DNA from: Patescibacteria group bacterium
GTDB lineage: Bacteria; Patescibacteriota; Patescibacteriia; JAHJFT01
DNA length: 64,000 nucleotides
Direction: 5' to 3'
NCBI GenBank assembly: GCA_028710985.1
Contig: JAQTTB010000001.1
Span: 167,397-231,396, forward strand
The position numbers were made by a program, and so were the translations under genes. This document shows positions 28,877-38,936 of this stretch, piece by piece (position 1 is the stretch's first letter; each line of letters starts with the position of its first letter). The notes beneath the pieces are model-generated. The model was not told the DNA's origin. It did no database searches and worked only from the letters and a program-made list of their open reading frames with translations.

Positions 28877-30406
28877 ATGTATTCAACTTATATACTTCTT
28901 ATCGCCGCCGGCTCCCTCATCGGCCTGGTTGTCGGCTATACGATCCGCCACTTTATCATTAAAACACAGATCGATACCGCCGCGGGCCGGGCCGAAAAAC
29001 TTATCGCTGACGCGCGCGTCAAGCAGCAGGAGCTCATGCTTTCTGCCAAAGAAAAGGCCATTCATATTATTGACGAGGCCAAGCACGAGGAAGAAGAGCG
29101 CCGCCGCGAGTTCACCCACCTTCAACAGCGTCTGGAACAACGCGAGTCTTTGTTTGACCAAAAACTGCTTGAATTCCAGGAGAAACAGCAAAAATTGTAC
29201 GAAAAAATCACCCGCGTCGAGCAGGTCAAGGAAGAGGTCCGTAAAATCCGCGAAGACGCCATTGCCAAGCTTCAGGAAATCAGCGGGCTCACCCGCGAAC
29301 AGGCGGAAAAACGCCTGCTTGAGGCGACCGAAGCCGAACTCAAGGAAGAAATCGCCGCGCGCATCCGCAAAATGGAAAATCAGGGCGATGAAGAAATTGA
29401 AAAGAAATCACGCGAACTCATTTCCCTCGCCATCCAGCGCTGCGCCGCTTCGCAGGCCCAGGAGACAACCACCACGAACGTGGAGCTTCCGAACGACGAA
29501 ATGAAGGGGCGCATTATCGGCAAAGAAGGCCGCAACATCAAAACAATTGAACAGCTTACCGGCACCGAAATCCTGATTGACGACACGCCGGGCATGATTA
29601 TGATTTCCGGATTCTCTCCGATCCGCCGCCAGCTTGCGAGAATCGCGCTTCAGCGCCTCATCAAGGACGGCCGCATCCACCCGGGCCGCATCGAAGAACA
29701 GGTGGAAGAAGCCAAAAAAGAACTTGCCGTGAGCATGAAGAAATCCGGTGAAGAATCTCTTTACGAGACCGGCGTTTCCATTGCCGAAATTGATCCCAAG
29801 CTTGTCCAGATACTCGGCCGCTTGAAATTCCGTACTTCTTACGGACAGAACGTGCTTCAGCACTCGGTTGAAGTCGCGAATCTTTCCACCCTGATCGCCC
29901 AGGAACTCGGCGCCAATGTCAAAATCTGCCGCATCGGCGGACTCTTCCACGATATCGGCAAAGCGGTTGACCATGATATCCAGGGTTCGCATCCGGAAAT
30001 CGGCTACAATATCATGAAAAAATTCAACTTCCCCGAAGAGATCGCGCGAATTTGCATTGAACACCATGAAGACCGGCCGACGACTGTTGAAGGCGCCATC
30101 TGCAAATCCGCGGACGCCATCTCCGGCGCGCGGCCCGGCGCCCGCAAAGACACGCTCGAGCAGTACATTCAGCGCCTTGGCGACCTGGAGAAAACCGCCA
30201 CCGGTTTTGCCGGCGTTGAAAAGGCTTATGCCATTCAGGCCGGCCGCGAAATCCGCGTCTTTGTTACGCCGACCCAGATTGACGATTCGGCCGCAACCAA
30301 GCTTGCCCATGATATTGCCAAAAAAATCGAGGAAGAATTGCGCTATCCCGGTGAAATCAAGGTTACGGTTATCCGGGAAACCCGCGTGATTGAATACGCC
30401 CGATAA
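28877..30406 (+). CDS. rny: Ribonuclease Y
   Basis: N-terminal TM, coiled coil, KH (MKGRIIGKEGRNI), HD (FHDIGKA), YAIQAGREIRV. Confidence 0.97.
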   Translation: MYSTYILLIAAGSLIGLVVGYTIRHFIIKTQIDTAAGRAEKLIADARVKQQELMLSAKEKAIHIIDEAKHEEEERRREFTHLQQRLEQRESLFDQKLLEFQEKQQKLYEKITRVEQVKEEVRKIREDAIAKLQEISGLTREQAEKRLLEATEAELKEEIAARIRKMENQGDEEIEKKSRELISLAIQRCAASQAQETTTTNVELPNDEMKGRIIGKEGRNIKTIEQLTGTEILIDDTPGMIMISGFSPIRRQLARIALQRLIKDGRIHPGRIEEQVEEAKKELAVSMKKSGEESLYETGVSIAEIDPKLVQILGRLKFRTSYGQNVLQHSVEVANLSTLIAQELGANVKICRIGGLFHDIGKAVDHDIQGSHPEIGYNIMKKFNFPEEIARICIEHHEDRPTTVEGAICKSADAISGARPGARKDTLEQYIQRLGDLEKTATGFAGVEKAYAIQAGREIRVFVTPTQIDDSAATKLAHDIAKKIEEELRYPGEIKVTVIRETRVIEYAR

Positions 30407-30442
30407 AATGTAAGGGTTGCATATATGCGACCCGTCCAATAT

Positions 30443-31249
30443 ATGACCCTCAAGTTCATCTTCTTCGGCGACGTGGTCGGCAAAATCGGCCGCCGCGCCC
30501 TCGCCCAAATCGTTCCCAAATGGCGTAAAAAATACGCGCCTCATTTGGTTTGCGCCAATGCCGAGAATCTGGCCCACGGCAAAGGCTTTACGCCCTCGAC
30601 CATGCGCGAGGCCATGGCTGCGGGAATTGATTTTTTCACCGGCGGCAATCATATCTTTGATAATAAAGCCGGCTTAAAAATATTCGATGATCCCGAACTC
30701 TCCCGCCTCGTTGTCCGGCCGTTAAATTATCCGACCAGTGTTCCGGGCGAAGGCTGCCGCCTCATTGAAGTTGAGCGCCATCCGGTGCTCATCGCAAGCC
30801 TCAACGGCCAGGTCGGTTTCCGCGAAAGCTTTGACTCTCCGTTTCTCGCGCTTGATAAAATGGTCCACAGGCACATTAAGCAGAACCCCGCGATTATTGT
30901 GGACTTCCATTCCGAAACGACTTCCGAAAAAGTCGCTTTCGGCCTTTACTCCGACGGCCGCGTTTCGGCCGTGCTCGGCACCCATACCCATATACCAACC
31001 GCCGATGCCAAAGTCCTGCCCCAGGGCACGGGTTACATCTCCGATATCGGCATGGTCGGCGAAGAAAACTCGGTCATCGGAGTAAAACAAAACGTGATTC
31101 TCAACAATTTTATTACCCAAATCCCGCAAATGCACGAATTTGCCGAAACCGGCCGGTGCGAAGTGAACGCGGTTTATTTTGAGATTGATTCAAAATCCCA
31201 CCAATGCCTGAAAATCAAGCTCCTGCAAACCGTGGTTGACGTAAAATAA
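30443..31249 (+). CDS. YmdB-like metallophosphoesterase (TIGR00282)
   Basis: GDVVGKIGR, NAEN, TGGNH, VDFHSETTSEK, GTHTH; follows rny. Confidence 0.93.
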   Translation: MTLKFIFFGDVVGKIGRRALAQIVPKWRKKYAPHLVCANAENLAHGKGFTPSTMREAMAAGIDFFTGGNHIFDNKAGLKIFDDPELSRLVVRPLNYPTSVPGEGCRLIEVERHPVLIASLNGQVGFRESFDSPFLALDKMVHRHIKQNPAIIVDFHSETTSEKVAFGLYSDGRVSAVLGTHTHIPTADAKVLPQGTGYISDIGMVGEENSVIGVKQNVILNNFITQIPQMHEFAETGRCEVNAVYFEIDSKSHQCLKIKLLQTVVDVK

Positions 31250-31318
31250 GCCCTATTGCGGATATCCTGAAAAATGTGCTATACTTAGGCTAATAATTAA
31301 TAATTATCCCCACTCAAT

Positions 31319-31603
31319 ATGAATAAGGCAGAACTTATCAACCAAATCTCCGACCGCGTTGGCGTTACCAAAAAGCAGGCCGAAGACATGATTGAGGCGT
31401 ATACCGATATCACCACAAAAACCCTTAAAGCGGGCGGTGAAGTCACGATCGCCGGATTCGGCACTTTCAGCGCCAAGACCCGCGCCGGCCGCATCGGCGT
31501 GAATCCCCAGAGGCCGACTGAAAAAATCCAGATTCCGCCGGTTACGGTTCCAAAATTCAAGGCCGGCAAAGCCCTGAAGGACGCGCTCAAGGGTAAGGCG
31601 TAA
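31319..31603 (+). CDS. hup: DNA-binding protein HU
   Basis: MNKAELI...GFGTF...RIGVNPQ...PKFKAGKALKD. Confidence 0.96.
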   Translation: MNKAELINQISDRVGVTKKQAEDMIEAYTDITTKTLKAGGEVTIAGFGTFSAKTRAGRIGVNPQRPTEKIQIPPVTVPKFKAGKALKDALKGKA

Positions 31604-31655
31604 TTTACAAAATCAAAAAATTCACCCGCATCCATGGGTGAATTTTTATTTTTAA

Positions 31656-32927
31656 TTATTCCTTGGCCCAGTTCTCGATTTCTTCAAACACTCCGCCCAG
31701 GCTCACCATGCGGACTTCGGATTCCTGCCGAAATTTCCACTCCGCGGCATTGTCCTTCATGGTCCGGTCGGAAATCACGATGCGAAGCGGCGCGCCGATG
31801 AGATCCGCATCCCCGAGTTTCTCCCCGGCCGACACTCCCTCCCGGTCGTCCCAAAGCGCATCAATGCCCGCCGCGGCGAGCTGATCGGAAAGATTCGCCG
31901 CCGCGGAAGCAATCTCCGTGCTCGTATCCTCGTCTTTCGCGAAAAGTGAAACAATGTGCACGAGATACGGCGCGATTGATTTCGGCCAGATGATGCCGCG
32001 CTCGTCGCTCAAGACCTCAACCACCGACCCCATGACGCGGGACGGACCGATGCCGAAACATCCCATTATTACATCATTTTTCTTTCCGTCTGCCGCCGTG
32101 TAGCTAAGCTTCATGTCGTGGCTGTAGCGCGTCCCGAGTTTAAAAATGTTGCCCACTTCGATTGAACGCTTTTCCGCCACCGCGGCGCCGCAGGACGGAC
32201 ACTTGCCGCCGTCTTTCACCTCGGCGATTTCCTTATTCTGGCTCCACCCGCAGGAAGCGCAATGGAATATGGTATCTTCGCCGTTCGGAGTCACGACCTG
32301 AAACTCATGGGAATATTCGTTCGTGAATTCTCCGCCCGAGGCTTGGGTCACAATCGCTTCAAGCCCGCAGCGCGTAAAAATCTTTTTGTACGCTTCGGTT
32401 GCCTTGGCGTAAAAATCATTCAAATCCTGCTCGTCGCAATGAAAACTGTACAAATCCTTCATGGAAAACTCGCGGCCGCGGAGCAGGCCGGATTTGGCGC
32501 GCGGCTCGTTTCTGAATTTGTCCTGTATCTGATAAAGATAGAACGGCAAATCCTTGTATGAATTGACATGCCGCCGCGCGATATCGACGATCGGCTCTTC
32601 GTGCGTTGTCGCGAGCCCCAGCTCCTTGTCGCGGGACTTGAACTGAAACATTATTTCCTTAAGCTTTTCCCAGCGGCCGGTTTCGCTCCAGAGCTCTTTT
32701 GACTGCAGGGCCGGCATCAGCATCTCCTGGCCGCCGATTGCGTTCATTTCTTGCCGCACGATATTTTTTATTTTATTCAAAACGCGGAGGCCCAGGGGCA
32801 GGTACGCGTAAACCCCGGCCATCATCTGTTCAATAAACCCGGCCTGGGAAAGCAGTTTCGCGTTGACTGATTCCGCGTCATGCGGCGCGGTTTTTCTGGT
32901 TTTTCCGAAAAGTTGAGAATACTTCAT
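31656..32927 (-). CDS. proS: Proline--tRNA ligase (short form without large editing domain)
   Basis: TTHEE, KFRNEPR..GLLRGREFSMKDLYSF, EVGNIFKLG, MGCFGIGPSR. Confidence 0.95.
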   Translation of the reverse strand: MKYSQLFGKTRKTAPHDAESVNAKLLSQAGFIEQMMAGVYAYLPLGLRVLNKIKNIVRQEMNAIGGQEMLMPALQSKELWSETGRWEKLKEIMFQFKSRDKELGLATTHEEPIVDIARRHVNSYKDLPFYLYQIQDKFRNEPRAKSGLLRGREFSMKDLYSFHCDEQDLNDFYAKATEAYKKIFTRCGLEAIVTQASGGEFTNEYSHEFQVVTPNGEDTIFHCASCGWSQNKEIAEVKDGGKCPSCGAAVAEKRSIEVGNIFKLGTRYSHDMKLSYTAADGKKNDVIMGCFGIGPSRVMGSVVEVLSDERGIIWPKSIAPYLVHIVSLFAKDEDTSTEIASAAANLSDQLAAAGIDALWDDREGVSAGEKLGDADLIGAPLRIVISDRTMKDNAAEWKFRQESEVRMVSLGGVFEEIENWAKE

Positions 32928-33027
32928 ATTATGAAAATAATATCAAAAAAACGGCCAAATGGCAATTCTGGATGAAAAGAAATCCCGTGTTCACGAGAAC
33001 ACGGGACAGTTAAGTTGTGGGAAGCGT

Positions 33028-33264
33028 CTACTTCCTCTTTTTGAAGCACCTCCTATTCCCCTTGCGCCTTATGAGCTCTTTGCGTTCGTAAGAGTCCAGA
33101 CAGTCCCAGCAGCGATCGCTGCCCTCGGCTACTGGCTCTTTGCATCCGTAGACGCAAAGACCGTCGTCATCCTCCATGAGCTCCGGCAAGCTGATTCCCG
33201 ACGCGATCACGCGACCAGCCGCCACTCCCTGGAGGAATCTCTCCTCATCTTCGCTCTGTCTCAC
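33028..33264 (-). CDS. Small hypothetical protein with CxxxC/CxxC
   Basis: GAGGAGG SD; CVYGC...CWDC. Confidence 0.5.
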   Translation of the reverse strand: MRQSEDEERFLQGVAAGRVIASGISLPELMEDDDGLCVYGCKEPVAEGSDRCWDCLDSYERKELIRRKGNRRCFKKRK

Positions 33265-33274
33265 TCCACCCTCC

Positions 33275-33490
33275 TCACTGTGTTCTGGCTCCCCTCAGCT
33301 TCTTGAACTGATGCGGCCAGCAACGTTTGCTGCCATTGAAAGTCGACAGGACCGTACCGCATCCCGGAAAATCGCATCGGCGACCGGGAGGAAACGTCTT
33401 CTGCGTTCCGCCGATCGTTGACGCGAGTCCGCGCGTACCTCGCCGCACTGCCGTTGCGTACCGTGCAACCACCGAGTCCTCTCCTCTCAT
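33275..33490 (-). CDS. Small zinc-finger-like hypothetical protein
   Basis: GGAGGT SD before ATG 33490; CDFPGCGTVLSTFN...CWPH. Confidence 0.6.
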   Translation of the reverse strand: MRGEDSVVARYATAVRRGTRGLASTIGGTQKTFPPGRRCDFPGCGTVLSTFNGSKRCWPHQFKKLRGARTQ

Positions 33491-33590
33491 GCCACCTCCC
33501 TGACCCGTCGCTCGCGAGTGACGGGTCGCTGACCCCAAAAAAACGGGGCGCTGTGTTTTATAAGGCAATTCTAGCATAAATTACGATTTT

Positions 33591-33628
33591 GTCAAGTAGG
33601 GGCGACTCGCGAGTCGCCCCTACTTGAC
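33591..33628. repeat. 38-bp perfect palindrome (GTAG REP) carrying outward-facing -35 boxes
   Basis: gtcaagtaggggcgactcg|cgagtcgcccctacttgac; plus TTGACG-17-TACAAT, minus TTGACA-16-TAGAAT. Confidence 0.8.
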
Positions 33629-33685
33629 GATTAATAAATATTTCTCTACAATAAGCTTAAATTTTAGTCTCGTCCGCTTTGCCTT

Positions 33686-33759
33686 GCGCCCATAGCTCAG
33701 TTTGGTAGAGCAGTTGCCTCTTAAGCAAACGGTCGTGGGTTCAAATCCCTCTGGGCGCA
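33686..33759 (+). tRNA. tRNA-Lys(CTT)
   Basis: gcgcccatagctcagtttggtagagca-gttgc-ctCTTaa-gcaaa-cggtcgtgggttcaaatccctctgggcgca. Confidence 0.93.
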
Positions 33760-33827
33760 GAGCAAAGCCGGACGGAAAAAAACAAAGAGGCATGTGCAAT
33801 CGACTGATAAATTATTAAATACAGCCT

Positions 33828-35540
33828 ATGGCAAATATAAGCATCGATGTAAGAAAAAAAACGATACAAGAACTTATCGACGACGAAATTCCGTCAGGCA
33901 GATATTGGTTACCATCTTTTCAGCGACAATATGTTTGGGATGCAGACAATGTCAAGGAGTTGCTCGATTCTATTGTACGTAATTATCCGATAGGAGCAAC
34001 CATACTTTGGAAGCCATCGCCAGAAGTTGCTTCCGACATTGATCCAACGTCCGTCCCGTTGGTTGATAGTGCACCCTCAAATACTACAGATAGGTATTTC
34101 GTTATTGACGGACAGCAACGCACTACCTCTCTGCTTCTTCTTTTCAACGACTGGGCAGTAGTGCGCGGCGGCGAGAGAATAACATGCGACCCCATCGCAT
34201 ACGACCCCACGTCCGATAAATTTATTAAGCACCGAAATAGGGGCATCGATTGCTCAAAAATTGTAAAGGCATTCTGCCGTCATGATGTTGAAACACTCAC
34301 TGAGTTAAATAATAACTATAACGCAGACGACTTCAACAAAATACGCGCAATAGCACAAAAAATCCTAGAGTATCCAATACCTCAATATGTTATGGAAACT
34401 TCAGGAGAAGCAACGGAAAGAGAAGATATATTTTCTCGAATGGCAGAGGCATTTGTGCGCATTAATAAAGAAGGTCTGAGAATAGGGAATGTCGAACTTA
34501 TGCTTTCTTTCTTGGCCGGAACGTTAAGCGGTGAGTTAAAAACACGAGTTGTACAACTATACCAAGAGTATGAAAAACGTGATGCATTTATACAACCTAT
34601 CATCCGCTCCGTATTCTCTAATTTTGGACTCTCACAAACGCAATTAGCGAAACCGAAACAATTTAAAGCCAATATTGAACGAATTAGAGAAATCTCTACC
34701 GACGATATAGCTAGGCGACTCAATACGAGCAGTAGAGCGCTTCAGCTTACTTTCAATTTCATTGAAAAAGAATTTGGTATGAGAAGTGCGCGTCTGATTC
34801 CTTCTCAAACAACTTTAATTCCGCTAGCGACATATTTTTCAAAAGTAAGTTTTGAGAAACTCGAGGAAATGCCCGCAGAAGATCGCGAGCGCATGACTTC
34901 TTGGTTTATGCTGGCAAATCTGAATGGACATTATAGCTCCAGCGTGGACACACGGTTGAGCCGTGATATCAAGATGATTCAAGATATGAGTAGCTTCCCC
35001 TTTCTTGAAATGCAAACCGCTATGAAAGTAAGAAAACACATCAATCTCGAATGGATTCAGGATGGGTTAGAAAGAAGTGCATTACGAGAAGCAAACAAAG
35101 CATTTGTTTTTTTGCTTTATGTTCTACTTATTAAAAATAATGCTGACGATTGGGATACGCGCTTAATCGCTTCACGCGATCTGAAAGAGTTAGAGCGACA
35201 TCACATTTTTCCAAAAGAATATTTAAGACAAGAACTAGAGCTCGATGATGTCGAGGACCCCGCAGAGGCGGAAATTGAGGTAAGCAACCTCGCGAACATT
35301 ACCTTTATTTTAAAAGAAAAAAACTCTACAATCGGTGATACGCCACCTAAGGATTACCTGCCACAGCTCATAGATCGAGCAAAATTACATTTTATCCCCG
35401 AAGACGAGAATCTATGGACCAAAGAAGCGTATGATAGTGGTCTATTCCAAAATGCACGCCTTCAAATTATCTTTGAAGCCGCGCTGAAACATTTTCCTGA
35501 CGTTTTCAAGATAGAATTATGTGATAAAGAAACCCAGTAA
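33828..35540 (+). CDS. GmrSD-family (DUF262 + DUF1524/HNH-like) modification-dependent restriction endonuclease
   Basis: LPSFQRQYVW, IDGQQR, FVRINKEG, ERHHIFPK...NLANI; at tRNA 3' end; atypical codon usage. Confidence 0.85.
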   Translation: MANISIDVRKKTIQELIDDEIPSGRYWLPSFQRQYVWDADNVKELLDSIVRNYPIGATILWKPSPEVASDIDPTSVPLVDSAPSNTTDRYFVIDGQQRTTSLLLLFNDWAVVRGGERITCDPIAYDPTSDKFIKHRNRGIDCSKIVKAFCRHDVETLTELNNNYNADDFNKIRAIAQKILEYPIPQYVMETSGEATEREDIFSRMAEAFVRINKEGLRIGNVELMLSFLAGTLSGELKTRVVQLYQEYEKRDAFIQPIIRSVFSNFGLSQTQLAKPKQFKANIERIREISTDDIARRLNTSSRALQLTFNFIEKEFGMRSARLIPSQTTLIPLATYFSKVSFEKLEEMPAEDRERMTSWFMLANLNGHYSSSVDTRLSRDIKMIQDMSSFPFLEMQTAMKVRKHINLEWIQDGLERSALREANKAFVFLLYVLLIKNNADDWDTRLIASRDLKELERHHIFPKEYLRQELELDDVEDPAEAEIEVSNLANITFILKEKNSTIGDTPPKDYLPQLIDRAKLHFIPEDENLWTKEAYDSGLFQNARLQIIFEAALKHFPDVFKIELCDKETQ

Positions 35541-35556
35541 ACAAAGCGAGTATCCT

Positions 35557-35865
35557 ATGAAAATCACACTCATCATTCTAATCATTATTTCTCTTCTCCT
35601 CGCCGCGACAATCGGCGGCGGCCTGATTTATTATCAAAATCAAATCAACGGGCTTAATGGTCAGATTGCCGAACAGCAAATCCGGCTCACGAATCTCGGA
35701 ACCCAGGTACTAGAAAAAGAGCAGGCCATCAGCGATCTCGGCTTGGCCGCCAATTCGTCAACCGAACAAATTGCCGAGCTCCAAACTCAAATTGAAGAAT
35801 TGAATAAAAAAATTCAAGAACTGGAAAAAGCCAAGCAAGAACTCGAACAGCAAAAAACGCGTTAA
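35557..35865 (+). CDS. Membrane-anchored coiled-coil protein
   Basis: N-terminal hydrophobic helix followed by Q/E/L heptads. Confidence 0.65.
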   Translation: MKITLIILIIISLLLAATIGGGLIYYQNQINGLNGQIAEQQIRLTNLGTQVLEKEQAISDLGLAANSSTEQIAELQTQIEELNKKIQELEKAKQELEQQKTR

Positions 35866-35940
35866 TACAAATTCCCCCGTCCACGGGGAATTTTTTATTT
35901 CTTGCGCTTTCCGAATATTCTTGATAACCTTTGAGATAGT

Positions 35941-36975
35941 ATGGCTGAATTCAATCTCAAATCCGACCGCCTTACCGATCCCAAAGAAACCGGCGAAGAC
36001 CGGAGTTTTGATATTTCCCTGCGGCCCAAGACGCTCGCCGATTTTGTCGGCCAGAATAAAATCAAGGAAAATCTGGATATTTTCATGCAGGCCGCGCGGC
36101 AAAGAAGCGAGCCCATCGAGCATGTTCTCCTCTACGGCAATCCCGGCCTCGGCAAAACCACTCTTGCGCACATCATCGCGCGCGAAATGGATTCGGATAT
36201 CAAGGTTACTTCCGGCCCGGCGCTTGAACGCGTCGGCGACCTCGCCGCCATTCTCACGAATCTTGAAGAAGGAGACATTCTTTTCATTGATGAAATCCAC
36301 CGCATGAACAAAACCATTGAAGAAATTCTTTATCCGGCCATGGAAGACTATGCCCTGGATATCATCATCGGCAAAGGCCCGAGCGCCCGCACCCTGCGAC
36401 TCGACCTCAAACGCTTTACCATCATCGGCGCGACCACTCGCATCTCTCTGCTTTCAGCGCCGCTCCGCGACCGCTTCGGCGCCACCTACCACCTAAATTA
36501 TTACGAACCCGAGGATATCGAAAAAATTATCGGACGGAACGCCCGCATTTTGAGCATCGATATTGACCCCGCGGCCGTCGGCCAGATCGCGTCGCGCTCC
36601 CGCCGCACTCCGCGCGTCGCCAACCGCCTGCTCCGCCGCGTGCGCGATTTTGCCCAGGTCAAATCGGATGGTAGAATAAATGATGAAGCGACCCGGGGCG
36701 CCCTCGCGCTCATGGAGGTTGACGAATACGGCCTTGACCAGGTTGACCGCAAAATGCTGGAAATTATTATCAGCAAATTTGCCGGCGGACCGGTCGGCCT
36801 CTCCACTCTCGCCGCCGCAACCGGTGAAGAAATCGCCACCATTGAAGAAATTTACGAACCATTCCTCATGCAAATCGGATTTCTCCAGCGCACACCGCGC
36901 GGCCGCACGGTCACCGAAGCCGCCTACCGCCACCTCGGCCTCAATCCCCCGAAAAATCAAACCTCACTCCTATGA
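35941..36975 (+). CDS. ruvB: Holliday junction helicase RuvB
   Basis: [41 protein letters not shown]. Confidence 0.98.
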   Translation: MAEFNLKSDRLTDPKETGEDRSFDISLRPKTLADFVGQNKIKENLDIFMQAARQRSEPIEHVLLYGNPGLGKTTLAHIIAREMDSDIKVTSGPALERVGDLAAILTNLEEGDILFIDEIHRMNKTIEEILYPAMEDYALDIIIGKGPSARTLRLDLKRFTIIGATTRISLLSAPLRDRFGATYHLNYYEPEDIEKIIGRNARILSIDIDPAAVGQIASRSRRTPRVANRLLRRVRDFAQVKSDGRINDEATRGALALMEVDEYGLDQVDRKMLEIIISKFAGGPVGLSTLAAATGEEIATIEEIYEPFLMQIGFLQRTPRGRTVTEAAYRHLGLNPPKNQTSLL

Positions 36976-37226
36976 TCATCTTTCCGCTTTATATTTTTTT
37001 AATCATATACGCGCTTTTTCTTATCGGATTCGCTTTTTTTGGTTTCTTCTCGGTTTATCACCTCCTAAAATTTGGATTCACTACGTTTGGAACATTCTTT
37101 TTGGCGTTTATCTTCCTCGGCGTTTCGGTAATCATCCTTTTTGCTTCGGTCCAAGCAATCATCCCGATTGACTGGGGAAACGAAATAACCATGTTTAAAT
37201 ACACAGATGTTACGCCGTATTATTAA
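36972..37226 (+). CDS. Small membrane protein
   Basis: Two TM helices; ATGA overlap with ruvB. Confidence 0.7.
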   Translation: MIIFPLYIFLIIYALFLIGFAFFGFFSVYHLLKFGFTTFGTFFLAFIFLGVSVIILFASVQAIIPIDWGNEITMFKYTDVTPYY

Positions 37227-37229
37227 TGT

Positions 37230-37796
37230 ATGTTGAACATCAAAAGACTTCCAAATCAAAAAGAATTTGAAAAAACCATGTTCGCCCTGCGCCGGCATTT
37301 TATCGTACCCATAAAAATTATCATTCTATATGCGTTTCTTGCCGCCGTGCCTGTATTTTTTTATTTTTTTGCCCAAGAAAACCAGTCCGAAATCCTGACC
37401 GGCCGCATCAGCGGCCCAGTGAGTGTCCTCGCTCTCTCGATTTACGCTCTCGCAATCTGGCTCTTTTTTTTCAATAGCCTAATTGATTATTATCTTGATT
37501 TTTGGATCGTCACCAACGAGCGCATCATTAATATCGAACAGCGCGGACTTTTTTCACGGTCAGTTGCCGAACTAAAACTTTATCGCGTCCAGGATGTCAA
37601 AGCCGAAGTGCGCGGAGTCATGCACACCGTATTTGATTACGGGGATATTACAGTTCAAACCGCGGGCGAAGAAGCGCATTTCGTGTTCAAACAAGTGCCT
37701 AAGCCATACAAAGTCGCACGACAAATCCTTGAACTCGTAGAACAAGACCGCGAAAAGCATCTTGAGGAAATGCGCAATGAAATTACCGCCATATGA
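37230..37796 (+). CDS. Bacterial PH-domain membrane protein
   Basis: Two TMs, then WIVTNERII.IEQRGLF...VQDV...DYGDITVQTAG. Confidence 0.85.
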   Translation: MLNIKRLPNQKEFEKTMFALRRHFIVPIKIIILYAFLAAVPVFFYFFAQENQSEILTGRISGPVSVLALSIYALAIWLFFFNSLIDYYLDFWIVTNERIINIEQRGLFSRSVAELKLYRVQDVKAEVRGVMHTVFDYGDITVQTAGEEAHFVFKQVPKPYKVARQILELVEQDREKHLEEMRNEITAI

Positions 37797-38014
37797 AAAT
37801 TCTTCATATTCTCTATTCCGCGCTCCGCGATAAAGAAATTGCCTGGTACTATAAAACGATTTTTATTTTAGTTGTGCTTATTTACATCATCTCTCCGATT
37901 GATGCGATTCCCGATGTCGTACCCGTCCTCGGCTTCTTGGACGACCTCGCCATAATCCCGCTTGCCGCGTATATCGCCCTACTCCTCATCCCCGACCGGA
38001 TAAAAAAACCGTAA
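37793..38014 (+). CDS. DUF1232 (YkvA) family protein
   Basis: YIISPIDAIPDVVPVLGFLDD. Confidence 0.9.
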   Translation: MKILHILYSALRDKEIAWYYKTIFILVVLIYIISPIDAIPDVVPVLGFLDDLAIIPLAAYIALLLIPDRIKKP

Positions 38015-38095
38015 GGACAGGTCGCGACCCGTCCCGACAAATGCCCCGTCAGTACGGGCATTTTTTATTTATGTAAAATGATATATAATAATGTT

Positions 38096-38926
38096 ATGAA
38101 AAATTTGAGCGTGAGACAACTTGAGCGCACCGCCAACCTTATCCGCCAGGATATTATTAAAATGCTCTACGAGGCGGGCTCCGGCCATCCGGCTGGCGCG
38201 CTCGGTATGGCCGACATCTTTACCGCGCTTTATTTCAATATCGCAAAAATCGACCCCCGGCGGCCGAACTGGCCGGACCGCGACCGCATTATCCTCTCAA
38301 ACGGCCACATCTGCCCCGTGCTTTACGCGACAATGGCGCGGCGCGGATTTTTTTCTGCCAAAGAACTTCTGACCCTGCGTAAATTCGGAAGCCGCCTCCA
38401 GGGCCATCCGCACCGCGCTTCGCTCCCCGGGCTTGAAAACACGAGCGGCCCTCTGGGCCAGGGGCTTTCCCAGGCCTGCGGCGCCGCGCTTGCCGGCCGT
38501 TTAAATCAAAAAAAATATCAAGTCTATTGCCTCATGTCTGACGGCGAGCATGACGAAGGCCAGACCTGGGAAGCGGTGATGTTCGCTGGCAAATATCACC
38601 TTTCCAATATTACTGCGATCCTTGACCGCAATAATATCCAAATTGACGGATACACCGAAGATATCATGCCCCTTGAGCCGCTCCGTGAAAAATATGAAGC
38701 CTTCAACTGGCACGTGATTGAAATCGACGGCCACCGCATGGAGGAAATCATCGCCGCCGCAAACAAGGCCAAAACCATTGCTGAAAAACCGGTCATGATT
38801 ATCGCCCACACCGTGCCGGGCAAGGGCGTCTCATTCATGGAATACGACTACCGCTGGCACGGCAAAGCGCCGGACAAAGATAAAACGCGCCAGGCTTTAA
38901 AAGAATTAACAAAAATTAAAAATTAA
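38096..38926 (+). CDS. Transketolase, N-terminal (TPP-binding) subunit
   Basis: GSGHP, DRIILSNGH, LQGHP, SGPLGQG, SDGE..EG..WEA, WHGKAP. Confidence 0.95.
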   Translation: MKNLSVRQLERTANLIRQDIIKMLYEAGSGHPAGALGMADIFTALYFNIAKIDPRRPNWPDRDRIILSNGHICPVLYATMARRGFFSAKELLTLRKFGSRLQGHPHRASLPGLENTSGPLGQGLSQACGAALAGRLNQKKYQVYCLMSDGEHDEGQTWEAVMFAGKYHLSNITAILDRNNIQIDGYTEDIMPLEPLREKYEAFNWHVIEIDGHRMEEIIAAANKAKTIAEKPVMIIAHTVPGKGVSFMEYDYRWHGKAPDKDKTRQALKELTKIKN

Positions 38927-38936
38927 TTTAATTAAT

